Positions 9,916 to 19,024 of a stretch of 32,000 nucleotides of DNA are shown piece by piece. Location: assembly GCF_000175255.2 (NCBI RefSeq), contig NC_017262.1, forward strand, positions 180,001-212,000, read 5' to 3'. The notes under the pieces were generated by a model, which was not told where the DNA came from, searched no databases, and was given only the letters and a program-made list of their open reading frames with translations. The translations under genes and the position numbers were made by a program. Each line of letters starts with the position of its first letter. Within the stretch, counting starts at the first letter, position 1. Source of the stretch: Zymomonas mobilis subsp. mobilis ATCC 10988. GTDB lineage: Bacteria > Pseudomonadota > Alphaproteobacteria > Sphingomonadales > Sphingomonadaceae.

Positions 9916-9947
9916 ATTTATTATGTTGTTGTGACATCAAGAATCCC

Positions 9948-11213
9948 TTATTCAGGGAAAAAATCGGTCGTTGGCAAGAAAACGGTTACCGTCGTCCCTT
10001 TACCGGGAAGACTGTCTATCAGTAATTCTCCGCGGTGATGCTCGACGATTTGTTTTACTATGGCTAACCCCAATCCTGTTCCCCCTAAAGCGCGACTGCG
10101 GCTGTTATCCACCCGATAGAAGCGTTCCGTTAGGCGTGGGATATGATGAAACGGAATACCATCGCCTTCATCTGCAATGGCTAATTTTATTCTATGATCG
10201 TCAGTATTATCGAGCGCGACTTTAATTATTCCATCTTTACGACCATATTTTAAGGCATTGCCGATAATATTATAAAGGAGCTGCGTTAACTCGGCGCGGT
10301 CACCCTGTAGGCTATCACTGGACAAATGATTTTTCAGTGTGATTTGGGCGGCTTTTGCCTGTCCCGATGCCTGAATATTAGACACGACCTCTTCAACCAC
10401 AGGCGACATATGAACAATATCATTGGGTAATGAAAATTTTCCGGCTTCAATCCGAGAAAGAGACATCAAGTCATCAACCAAATTTTGCATTCTTTTGGCT
10501 TCACGCGCCATGATAGACAAAAAATGATGACGCGTATCGCGCTCTTTAATGACATCATCATCTTCTAATGTCTCAATAAACCCGCTTAAAGTCGCGAGCG
10601 GTGTCCGTAATTCGTGACTAGTATTCGCAACAAAGTCTATTCTAACCTGTTCCGTTAAATGAGCCGTACTTTGATCGCGCAACAAAATGAGCCGTTGTTC
10701 TTCGTTCAAAGGATAAGCGTATAATTCCCAGCGACGATTAACGCCTCCCAATCCGGCAAGTAAAACAGGGGTCATATTATCGAGCGGCTCGGTTAAAAGA
10801 CGGATAGCAGCAGGATGGCGAATAGCCATTCTGATGTCGCCTCCTTCGATATGCATCCCTAACAAATTTTCAGCAGCACGATTAGCCACTTCAACTTGAC
10901 CCTGATTGACCAGTAAAGCTGGTTCATCCATAGCTATAATAATATCTGCCGCTGTCGCTTGAGAAAAAGGATAGGCCGGATCTGTAAGGCTATTTCCGCT
11001 TTTACTTTCAGGGAAGGGGGTAGACGCTTCGGAAATATTTTTAAACCACCATCCCCAAAGGATAACAATCAGCATAAGCGACAAGATCGGCCACCCGACA
11101 GAAACATGACTGACGGCAATAATAAATAGAGCCAGGATTGATAATCCGGATAGATAGACAGGGATAAATTTAATAACGCAGTCCTTTCTCAGCCTTGATT
11201 GGGGAAAAGTCAT
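9948..11213 (-). CDS. phoR: Phosphate regulon sensor histidine kinase PhoR
   Basis: 421 aa; N-terminal TM segments, PAS-like region, HisKA (FVANTSHELRTPLATLSGFIETL), HATPase (GTGLGLAIVKQIVEHH). Confidence 0.88.
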   Translation of the reverse strand: MTFPQSRLRKDCVIKFIPVYLSGLSILALFIIAVSHVSVGWPILSLMLIVILWGWWFKNISEASTPFPESKSGNSLTDPAYPFSQATAADIIIAMDEPALLVNQGQVEVANRAAENLLGMHIEGGDIRMAIRHPAAIRLLTEPLDNMTPVLLAGLGGVNRRWELYAYPLNEEQRLILLRDQSTAHLTEQVRIDFVANTSHELRTPLATLSGFIETLEDDDVIKERDTRHHFLSIMAREAKRMQNLVDDLMSLSRIEAGKFSLPNDIVHMSPVVEEVVSNIQASGQAKAAQITLKNHLSSDSLQGDRAELTQLLYNIIGNALKYGRKDGIIKVALDNTDDHRIKLAIADEGDGIPFHHIPRLTERFYRVDNSRSRALGGTGLGLAIVKQIVEHHRGELLIDSLPGKGTTVTVFLPTTDFFPE

Positions 11214-11416
11214 TATAAATGATATTTTTATTACAATTTTATGATAGTATCGGATTTTGTGTAAAAGATAGTTTTATCTCTTGTCGAAAATATTTTTATA
11301 CCGATAATCCCTTTGGTATTTTGAAATTCCTTATTAAAAATCAAGCTTCTGTCCTATCCGACGGATAACTGATTGTAGCCATTGTCAGAAGAGTAGGAGG
11401 CCTTTAAAAGGCAAGC

Positions 11417-12157
11417 ATGAATAAAGAGGAACAGCGCAAAAACAGCGCAGCACAATCTATCCGTTGGCATTTTCCTTCTATCCATCCAGAAGGTCGAAAA
11501 TTCTTTGTTATTGCGGTCATTATTTCCGCTATCATCACCTATTTTAGCTGGTTATGGATGGCATGGCCTTTGGGTGTTCTTTGTTTCTGTGTCGCCGCGT
11601 TTTTTCGTGATCCGATCAGAACAGTCCCAGAAGGCGATGGGCTTATTGTTTCCCCAGCCGATGGTATGGTTTGTCTGATTGCAGATGTGCCGCCGCCGCC
11701 TGAACTGGCTGGTGCAGATGGATTAGGTGATGCGCCCTTAACGCGCGTTTCTATCTTTATGAGCGTTTTTGATGTGCATATCAATCGCGCGCCGGTTCCA
11801 GGACGCATTGCCCGTATTGCCTATATTCCGGGTGCTTTTGTGAATGCCGATCTTGATAAAGCTAGCGAGAAGAATGAGCGGCAGCATTTCATGATCGAAA
11901 CGAAAGAAGGCATCAATGTTGGTCTGACGCAGATTGCCGGTTTGATTGCCCGTCGGATTGTACCTTTGACCAAGGTCGAAGACTATGTCGAACGGGGTGA
12001 GCGTATCGGGCTTATTCGTTTTGGCAGCCGCCTTGATGTCTATTTACCGGCAGGGGTAACGCCCCAAGTCGCTCTGGGACAGCGTTGCCTTGCGGGTGAA
12101 ACCATTCTGGGACAGATTGGATCACAAGCCAAGCCGCTGACGGGGAGGCGGTTATGA
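11417..12157 (+). CDS. psd: Phosphatidylserine decarboxylase (short, PSD-B-like type)
   Basis: 246 aa; AAFFRDPIRTVPEGDGLIVSPADG; GS autocleavage context RIGLIRFGSRLDVYLP. Confidence 0.93.
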   Translation: MNKEEQRKNSAAQSIRWHFPSIHPEGRKFFVIAVIISAIITYFSWLWMAWPLGVLCFCVAAFFRDPIRTVPEGDGLIVSPADGMVCLIADVPPPPELAGADGLGDAPLTRVSIFMSVFDVHINRAPVPGRIARIAYIPGAFVNADLDKASEKNERQHFMIETKEGINVGLTQIAGLIARRIVPLTKVEDYVERGERIGLIRFGSRLDVYLPAGVTPQVALGQRCLAGETILGQIGSQAKPLTGRRL

Positions 12158-12954
12158 CCTTTCCTAAAACTCGCTCAAAAAACCGATACCAAAGCGAACG
12201 ACGCAGTATTCCTGTGCGGGCATTGATGCCTAATGCTATTACCACTCTGGCTTTATGTAGTGGATTAACCGCCATTCGTTATGCGGTATCCGGTGAATGG
12301 GAACATGCTATTTATGCTATTTTGGTAGCGGCTGTTCTCGATACCTTGGATGGTCGCGTTGCCCGTCTCTTAAAAGGGGCTACCCGTTTTGGGGCAGAAT
12401 TAGATTCCCTTTCTGACGCTATCGCTTTTGGGGTCGCCCCTGCGATTTTGGTTTATCTTTGGTCATTACAAAATTGGCCGCGTTGGGGCTGGTTATTTGC
12501 CCTTTCTCATGCGGTTTGTTGTGCGTTGCGATTGGCGAGATTTAACGTCAATATCGATTATCTCGATCAGCCTCACAAATCAGCCGGCTTTCTGACAGGG
12601 GTTCCGGCACCTGCTGGAGCTAATTTTTCAATGATGCCTTTATATGCTTGGTATGTCTCAGGATATGATCTGTTTCGTATGCCTTTATTAGTGGGTTTAT
12701 GGATCAGTTTATCGGCTTTCCTGATGATTGCCGATCTTCCCACATTTGGCTGGTCAGTGCTTCGAGTCCGCCCAAAATTGCGGTTGGGATTATTAGTTAT
12801 GGTTGCGGTCGGTGCAGCGGCTTTTATTAGTGCACCTTGGGCAGTCCTATCGGTTTTCAGTGTTATTTATACGGTGATGCTACCTTTTGGCATTCTAAGT
12901 TACAGCAAGATAATGAAATCCAAAGAAAAGACCATAGTCGCAGAAGACTCTTAA
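12154..12954 (+). CDS. pssA: CDP-diacylglycerol--serine O-phosphatidyltransferase
   Basis: 266 aa; CDP-alcohol phosphatidyltransferase motif DTLDGRVARLLKGATRFGAELDSLSDAIAFG; overlaps psd by 4 nt. Confidence 0.93.
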   Translation: MTFPKTRSKNRYQSERRSIPVRALMPNAITTLALCSGLTAIRYAVSGEWEHAIYAILVAAVLDTLDGRVARLLKGATRFGAELDSLSDAIAFGVAPAILVYLWSLQNWPRWGWLFALSHAVCCALRLARFNVNIDYLDQPHKSAGFLTGVPAPAGANFSMMPLYAWYVSGYDLFRMPLLVGLWISLSAFLMIADLPTFGWSVLRVRPKLRLGLLVMVAVGAAAFISAPWAVLSVFSVIYTVMLPFGILSYSKIMKSKEKTIVAEDS

Positions 12955-12979
12955 AATATTAATTTTGGCATAATTACGA

Positions 12980-13013
12980 AAAGGCTAGTGCAAATTATCC
13001 AACACTAGCCTTT
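12980..13013. terminator. Bidirectional terminator-like hairpin between convergent pssA and racemase gene
   Basis: Perfect 11-bp stem AAAGGCTAGTG-N12-CACTAGCCTTT. Confidence 0.75.
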
Positions 13014-13108
13014 AAAAAATAGATAAAAACATTTTTATTTTGGTGTATTATATCAATAAAAATTGAATGTATTAGAAAATATAAAATACAGACCAGCACC
13101 ACTTAATC

Positions 13109-13807
13109 TTAATTTTGATCGCAAATTATATTTAATAAAGCATTTATATGAATTTCCATTGTGTCCAGTGATTTTATAGTGAATTCAGTATTTTTAAAAA
13201 GTAATGGCAATTCGGTGCATCCAAGAATGATAGCTTTAATGCCGTCACTATCCCGCATACGGCTGATGATAGAAATAAATTCCGAAAGAGTGTTTTGACT
13301 AAAAATTCCTTTTTCTAATTCGGAATCAATTTTGTTCGCAATATAATCAATCTCTTTAGGCTGCGGCGTTATAACGCTCATACCATTTGCAATCAGCGGT
13401 TTTTTGAAAAAATCCGCTTCCATTGTGAAGCGAGTTCCAAGTAAACCAACCTTCGTAATATTTTGACGTTTAACCTCGTCACAGGTCGCCTCGACGATAC
13501 TTATTAGCGGGACATCTGATTGTTTTTGTAAATCATCGAACACGATGTGGGGCGTGTTTCCAGTCAGTGCAATGACATCAGCGCCTGCCGCAATCAAGTT
13601 ATTGACACCGTGCATAAGATAGGTGGTAAGTTTAGTATAATCTTTGTCTTCACACAGCCTGAGTATATCGAAAACATTAAGACTCTCGACTGTTAAATTC
13701 GGATAAAATTGGCTGCCAATACGATTGTTGGCGCCATAGACTAACTTTTTGTAGTACAGAAGTGTAGATTCTGGACCAATTCCACCGATAAGACCAAGCT
13801 TTTTCAT
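13109..13807 (-). CDS. Aspartate/glutamate racemase family protein
   Basis: 232 aa; MKKLGLIGGIGPESTLLYY, GNTPH, VGLLGTRFTME, ILGCTELPLL motifs. Confidence 0.88.
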   Translation of the reverse strand: MKKLGLIGGIGPESTLLYYKKLVYGANNRIGSQFYPNLTVESLNVFDILRLCEDKDYTKLTTYLMHGVNNLIAAGADVIALTGNTPHIVFDDLQKQSDVPLISIVEATCDEVKRQNITKVGLLGTRFTMEADFFKKPLIANGMSVITPQPKEIDYIANKIDSELEKGIFSQNTLSEFISIISRMRDSDGIKAIILGCTELPLLFKNTEFTIKSLDTMEIHINALLNIICDQN

Positions 13808-13847
13808 ATCTTATTTGCCAATCATACTCGTCATTATATGATTAGAT

Positions 13848-14072
13848 TTAGGCTAGATTATCAGGGATTTCAAACCAAGTGAAAAATCTTGGCCTTGGCT
13901 TTATAGAGGGCGTTTTCGGTGCCAATTTAATATTGATCGTAATCGCTTTATGAATTGGCGGAAAATAGAAAGACGAAATCCAACGCCCAATATAGCGAAT
14001 ATCTCGGATTAAACTTATTACGCTGGATAAAGCAGCAACGAACAATATCCCCCAAAAACAAAAAGTTATCAT
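13848..14072 (-). CDS. Small hypothetical membrane protein (74 aa)
   Basis: Internal ATG at 14072 is preceded by AAGAAGGGAAAGACA (good SD); N-terminal hydrophobic helix ITFCFWGILFVAALSSVISLI. The provided ORF extends to 14195. Confidence 0.4.
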   Translation of the reverse strand: MITFCFWGILFVAALSSVISLIRDIRYIGRWISSFYFPPIHKAITINIKLAPKTPSIKPRPRFFTWFEIPDNLA

Positions 14073-14449
14073 TGTCTTTCCCTTCTTAAAGACAGCATGA
14101 GATTTTAATTTAAGTTCTTGTTTTGTTCTATTTTTTCCTCCATCTTTGTTATCAGAACATAACGATTTTATCGCATCTAAAGCAAAATATGACATAGATG
14201 GCTGTAATCATTATGTCTTACCGCTCTTTTTGTTCTTCAAATGTTCTAATGTCAAGCGAGAACTAAAAACTGGCTAAATCGCGATAACTGATATAAAATA
14301 ACCGAAGCAGCTTATCCTGCTCTTGATTTTTAGGCGTATTATAGTTACTGCGCCCCATATCTCACACTCGGGGTTTTTGAACGACCGGTGCCTTTCGTCG
14401 ATCCGGAAGGTCACTTCCCCGAAGAGGTTTAACCGGAAGGAGAATAATT

Positions 14450-15202
14450 ATGGCGGTACCTACCGTTACTATGCAGTCATTGTTGGATGTTGGCGCCCAT
14501 TTTGGTCACCAGACCCATCGTTGGAACCCGAAAATGAAACCTTATATTTTCGGTGATCGCAACGGCATCCATATCATGGATCTGTCTCAGACTGTTCCTT
14601 TGTTCACCCGCGCCCTTGACTTCATCAGCCAGACGGTCGCTCACGGTGGTAAAGTTTTATTTGTAGGCACCAAGCGTCAGGCTCAGGAACCGATTGCTGA
14701 CGCAGCTCGTCGTTCTGGCCAGTTCTTTGTCAACCACCGTTGGTTGGGTGGTATGTTGACCAACTGGCGCACGATTTCTGGTTCCATCAAACGTTTGAAG
14801 AGCCTCGAAGAAAAGCTGTCCGGTGATACCGCTGGTTTCACCAAGAAAGAAATTCTTCAGCTGACCCGTGAACGCGACAAGCTCGAACTGTCTTTGGGCG
14901 GTATCCGCGATATGGGCACCATCCCCGACATCATGTTTGTCGTTGATGCCAATAAAGAAGAATTGGCTATCAAAGAAGCCAACACGCTGGGTATCCCGGT
15001 TGTTGCTATCCTCGATTCCAACGTCAGCCCCGATGGTATTGCTTTCCCGATTCCGGCCAATGATGATGCAGCCCGCGCTGTCCGTTATTATTGCGATGCG
15101 ATTGCTGAAGCGGCTACCCGTGGCGATCAGCAAAACCGTCAGGAACTGGGCGAAGATCTGGGCGCAGCTGTAGAACCAGCGGCTGAAGAAGCTTTAGCTT
15201 AA
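14450..15202 (+). CDS. rpsB: 30S ribosomal protein S2
   Basis: 250 aa; [28 protein letters not shown]; strong SD GGAAGGAG. Confidence 0.98.
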   Translation: MAVPTVTMQSLLDVGAHFGHQTHRWNPKMKPYIFGDRNGIHIMDLSQTVPLFTRALDFISQTVAHGGKVLFVGTKRQAQEPIADAARRSGQFFVNHRWLGGMLTNWRTISGSIKRLKSLEEKLSGDTAGFTKKEILQLTRERDKLELSLGGIRDMGTIPDIMFVVDANKEELAIKEANTLGIPVVAILDSNVSPDGIAFPIPANDDAARAVRYYCDAIAEAATRGDQQNRQELGEDLGAAVEPAAEEALA

Positions 15203-15309
15203 TATTGCGGTTTCATATCAGCGTTCTTTTTATCCGCGATATGAAACACTGATAATTTGGAGGCAGGGAAGACTTTCCCTGCCTCATCCGTAACATAAAG
15301 AGGAAAACT

Positions 15310-16233
15310 ATGGCGGAGATTACCGCTGCAGCCGTGAAAGCTCTGCGTGAGCGCACTGGCGCAGGCATGATGGATTGTAAAAAAGCCCTCAACGAAGCCA
15401 ATGGCGAAATGGAAGCCGCTGTTGACTGGCTGCGTGCCAAAGGTTTGGCTGCCGCTGCGAAAAAATCAGGCCGTCAGGCTGCTGAAGGTCTCGTCGGTGT
15501 TATGATCGATGGTACCAAAGGTGCCGTTCTCGAAGTCAACAGTGAAACCGATTTCGTTGCCAAAAACGAAAAATTTCAGGACTTCGTCAAAGGTGTTACC
15601 GCTCTTGTTCTCGAACATGGCAGCGATATCGACACCCTTTCCAAGGCTCCACACCCAGCCGGTGGTTCCGTCAACGATGTTCTGACCGCCAATATCGCAA
15701 CGATCGGTGAAAATCAGGCTCTGCGTCGTGCGGCTCTTCTTGAAGTCGAAAACGGTGTTGTTGTTCCTTATATTCACAATCAGGTTGCACCAGGCGTTGG
15801 TAAAATCGGCGTTTTGGTTGCTCTCGAAAGTGAAGCTCCTAGCGATTTCCTCGAATCTTTGGGCAAGCAGATTGCTATGCATGTTGCCGCTGCTACCCCG
15901 TTAGCTTTGGATGAAGATTCTCTGGACGATGCTGCTGTTGAACGCGAACGCGCTATTGCACAGGAAAAAGCCGCAGAATCTGGTAAGCCCGCTGAAATCG
16001 TGACCCGCATGGTCGAAGGTGCTGTTGCGAAATATCGCAAAGAAAATGCCCTTCTCAGCCAGATCTTCGTTGTTGATGGAAAAACCCGCGTTTCCGATGT
16101 TGTCAGCAAGGCCGCTAAAGAAACCGGTAAGCCGATCACGCTGAAACAGTTTGTTCGCTTCCAGCTCGGTGAAGGCATCGAAAAGCAGGAAACTGACTTC
16201 GCTGCTGAAGTCGCTGCTGCTGCTGGCGTCTAA
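15310..16233 (+). CDS. tsf: Elongation factor Ts
   Basis: 307 aa; [25 protein letters not shown]; [10 protein letters not shown]. Confidence 0.98.
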   Translation: MAEITAAAVKALRERTGAGMMDCKKALNEANGEMEAAVDWLRAKGLAAAAKKSGRQAAEGLVGVMIDGTKGAVLEVNSETDFVAKNEKFQDFVKGVTALVLEHGSDIDTLSKAPHPAGGSVNDVLTANIATIGENQALRRAALLEVENGVVVPYIHNQVAPGVGKIGVLVALESEAPSDFLESLGKQIAMHVAAATPLALDEDSLDDAAVERERAIAQEKAAESGKPAEIVTRMVEGAVAKYRKENALLSQIFVVDGKTRVSDVVSKAAKETGKPITLKQFVRFQLGEGIEKQETDFAAEVAAAAGV

Positions 16234-16247
16234 TTTTATTCGTCATC

Positions 16248-16288
16248 AAGGTCAACTTCTCTCAAAATAGGAGAAGTTGGCCTTTTTT
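16248..16288 (+). terminator. Rho-independent terminator of tsf
   Basis: AAGGTCAACTTCTC-N9-GAGAAGTTGGCCTT followed by TTTT. Confidence 0.92.
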
Positions 16289-16369
16289 ATAATCCTTTAC
16301 TTGGCATAGCGATATTTACTGATAGAAGTAGAGCTTACCTTGTTTCGATAGTCACGAGAGGTATTGACG

Positions 16370-17098
16370 GTGTATAAACGCCCGCGCTTCAACCGTGTCC
16401 TGCTTAAATTGTCAGGCGAAGTGTTGATGGGTCCCGGCCAATTCGGGATTGATCCGGCGACTGTCGCCCGCGTTGCCGATGAAATTCGAGCTGCCCGCGA
16501 AGCCGGATACCAGCTATGCATTGTTGTCGGTGGAGGCAATATCTTTCGGGGATTAGCTGCAACCGCCCGAGGTATTGAACGCAGCAGTGCTGACTATATG
16601 GGTATGCTGGCAACCGTAATGAACGCGATTGCTGTCCAAAATGCGCTTGAAAATCTTGGCGTTGATACCCGTGTTCAATCCGCTATTCCGATGCCGACCG
16701 TTTGTGAGCCTTTTATCCGTCGGCGTGCCGAAAGGCATATGGAAAAGGGTCGGGTCGTTATTTTTGCAGCCGGTACGGGTAATCCCTTTTTTACCACTGA
16801 TAGCGGTGCGGCCTTGCGTGCAGCTGAAATGAAATGCGATGCCTTGTTTAAAGGCACTTCTGTTGATGGTGTCTATGATGCCGATCCCAAAAAGGTAAAA
16901 GAAGCCAGACGCTATGACTGCGTTTCTTTTAATCGTGTTCTTGCTGACGACTTGAAAGTTATGGATGCAAGCGCAACCGCTTTATGTCGCGATAACAATA
17001 TCCCGATCGTTGTTTTCAATATTCGGGAACAAGGCAATTTTAGCCGTGTTCTTAAGGGCGACGGTGTGTCAACGATAGTATGTAATGAGGAAGAATAA
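16370..17098 (+). CDS. pyrH: Uridylate kinase (UMP kinase)
   Basis: [13 protein letters not shown]; [10 protein letters not shown]; GTG at 16370 has better SD spacing than the listed TTG at 16364. Confidence 0.96.
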   Translation: MYKRPRFNRVLLKLSGEVLMGPGQFGIDPATVARVADEIRAAREAGYQLCIVVGGGNIFRGLAATARGIERSSADYMGMLATVMNAIAVQNALENLGVDTRVQSAIPMPTVCEPFIRRRAERHMEKGRVVIFAAGTGNPFFTTDSGAALRAAEMKCDALFKGTSVDGVYDADPKKVKEARRYDCVSFNRVLADDLKVMDASATALCRDNNIPIVVFNIREQGNFSRVLKGDGVSTIVCNEEE

Positions 17099-17655
17099 TG
17101 GCTGCCTATAATAAAGCCGATCTGGAACGGCGTATGAAAGGCGCAGTGGAATCATTGAAGAGTGATTTCTCCGGTCTCAGAACAGGACGCGCCTCGACCA
17201 GTTTGCTCGATCCGGTTACCGTTGATGTTTACGGTGCCAATATGCCCCTTAATCAGGTGGCGACTGTTTCTGTCCCCGAACCCCGTATGATTACTGTTCA
17301 GGTCTGGGACAAAAGCAATGTCACGCCCGTGGATAAGGCCATCCGTTCAGCTGGTTTAGGTTTGAACCCTGTGGTTGATGGTCAGATGCTTCGTTTGCCT
17401 ATTCCTGATTTGACGGAAGAACGTCGTAAAGAGCTGGCAAAACTGGTCGGACAATATTCTGAAAAAGCACGTATTGCTGTCCGCAATGTTCGCCGCGATG
17501 GTAATGACCAGATCAAGCAGGATGAAAAGAAAAACGAAATCAGCGAAGACGAGAAGAAGCGCTTCGAAAATGAAGTGCAGAAACTGACGGATAAGACAAT
17601 CGCTGATATCGATGCGCTGGCTGTGCATAAAGAAAAGGAAATCCTTGGCAAGTGA
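17098..17655 (+). CDS. frr: Ribosome recycling factor
   Basis: 185 aa; [34 protein letters not shown]. Confidence 0.98.
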   Translation: MAAYNKADLERRMKGAVESLKSDFSGLRTGRASTSLLDPVTVDVYGANMPLNQVATVSVPEPRMITVQVWDKSNVTPVDKAIRSAGLGLNPVVDGQMLRLPIPDLTEERRKELAKLVGQYSEKARIAVRNVRRDGNDQIKQDEKKNEISEDEKKRFENEVQKLTDKTIADIDALAVHKEKEILGK

Positions 17656-18398
17656 TAGCCCCGCTGGCCAATTCTGCGGTAAAACCGCATAAGTCCGCAT
17701 CCTTTGTGCCTCGTCATGTTGCCATCATTATGGATGGCAATGGACGATGGGCTTCTGCGCGCCATTTACCTAGAATTGCTGGGCACAAAAAGGGTGCCGA
17801 TGCGGTCAAAACAACGGTGCGGGCTGCCGCGGAGATGGGTATTGAGGTTCTAACCTTATATGCTTTTTCTTCTGAAAATTGGCGCCGTCCTGCTAGCGAA
17901 GTCGCTGATCTTATGGGATTATTGCGGCTTTGCCTTCGGCAGGAAATGCACAACATCAAAGAGCGTGGCATCTGCCTTAAGGTGATTGGCGATTATACAC
18001 GCCTCGATCAGGATCTGGTCGCTTTACTCAATCAAGCGATTGAAATTACCGCTAATAACACAAGGCTAACTTTAGTTTTTGCCTTGAATTATGGCGCACA
18101 AGACGAATTGGTGCATGTCACTAAACGCATTGCAGAGAAGGCTAGAGAAGGGCAGCTTGATCCCGAAAATATTGATGTCGGGACAATTGAATCTCTGTTA
18201 TATACCCATGATTTACCGCCCCTTGATCTAGTTATCAGAACTTCTGGTGAAAAGCGCTTGTCCAATTTCTTATTATGGCAAGCCGCTTATGCGGAGTTAC
18301 TGTTTATAGATACCTTATGGCCTGATTTCGGCAGCGAAACTCTGAAAGCTGCGGTAGAAGAATATGCACGCCGAGAAAGGCGCTATGGTGGCTTGTGA
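17652..18398 (+). CDS. uppS: Undecaprenyl diphosphate synthase (isoprenyl transferase)
   Basis: 248 aa; [13 protein letters not shown]; [27 protein letters not shown]. Confidence 0.96.
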   Translation: MIAPLANSAVKPHKSASFVPRHVAIIMDGNGRWASARHLPRIAGHKKGADAVKTTVRAAAEMGIEVLTLYAFSSENWRRPASEVADLMGLLRLCLRQEMHNIKERGICLKVIGDYTRLDQDLVALLNQAIEITANNTRLTLVFALNYGAQDELVHVTKRIAEKAREGQLDPENIDVGTIESLLYTHDLPPLDLVIRTSGEKRLSNFLLWQAAYAELLFIDTLWPDFGSETLKAAVEEYARRERRYGGL

Positions 18399-19024
18399 GT
18401 GAGCTAAAACTTCGTATTATTGTTGGACTCTTATTAGCGGTTCTGGCAGTTGGCCTTATCTGGGCGGGCGGCTATGTCTTTGCTCTATCGGCTGCGGTCA
18501 TCGCTGCCTTAATATTCCGCGAATGGCGGCATCTGACCGGCGCCTCTTTAGGCTGGATAATTGCCGGTTTTTTTTATGCCCTTTTACCCGTATTAGCACT
18601 GACTTCATTGCGATTGCAGCCTAATGGCCTATGGCTGGTAAGCTGGATTGTGGCGGTTACAGCCGCAACCGATATCGGGGCTTTTTTTTCGGGGAGGCTC
18701 ATTGGCGGCGCCAAAATATGTCCGGCCTTAAGTCCGAAAAAGACGTGGAGTGGCCTGATCGGTGGAATGATAGCGGCGGCTATTACGGCTTATTTTATTG
18801 CAGATTTTGGTCAGCTTCCTTCAGTCATGAAGATAGCTGGTGCGCCTATGGCTGTTGTTGCTCAAGCCGGTGACTTTTTTGAAAGCTGGCTAAAAAGACG
18901 CGCCAACGTCAAAGATTCCGGCAATCTTTTACCCGGTCATGGCGGTATTATGGACCGTGTCGATGGACTACTGCCAGTGGCCTTACTGACGGATATTTTA
19001 ATAAAAATTGGAGCTTTTCTGTGA
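18395..19024 (+). CDS. cdsA: Phosphatidate cytidylyltransferase (short form)
   Basis: 209 aa; polytopic; CDS signature KDSGNLLPGHGGIMDRVDGL. Confidence 0.9.
   Translation: MSELKLRIIVGLLLAVLAVGLIWAGGYVFALSAAVIAALIFREWRHLTGASLGWIIAGFFYALLPVLALTSLRLQPNGLWLVSWIVAVTAATDIGAFFSGRLIGGAKICPALSPKKTWSGLIGGMIAAAITAYFIADFGQLPSVMKIAGAPMAVVAQAGDFFESWLKRRANVKDSGNLLPGHGGIMDRVDGLLPVALLTDILIKIGAFL

Noticed and set aside
14657-15133. 158-aa minus-strand ORF
   Set aside because: Antisense to rpsB, shadow of codon bias.
15466-15882. 138-aa minus-strand ORF
   Set aside because: Antisense to tsf, shadow ORF.
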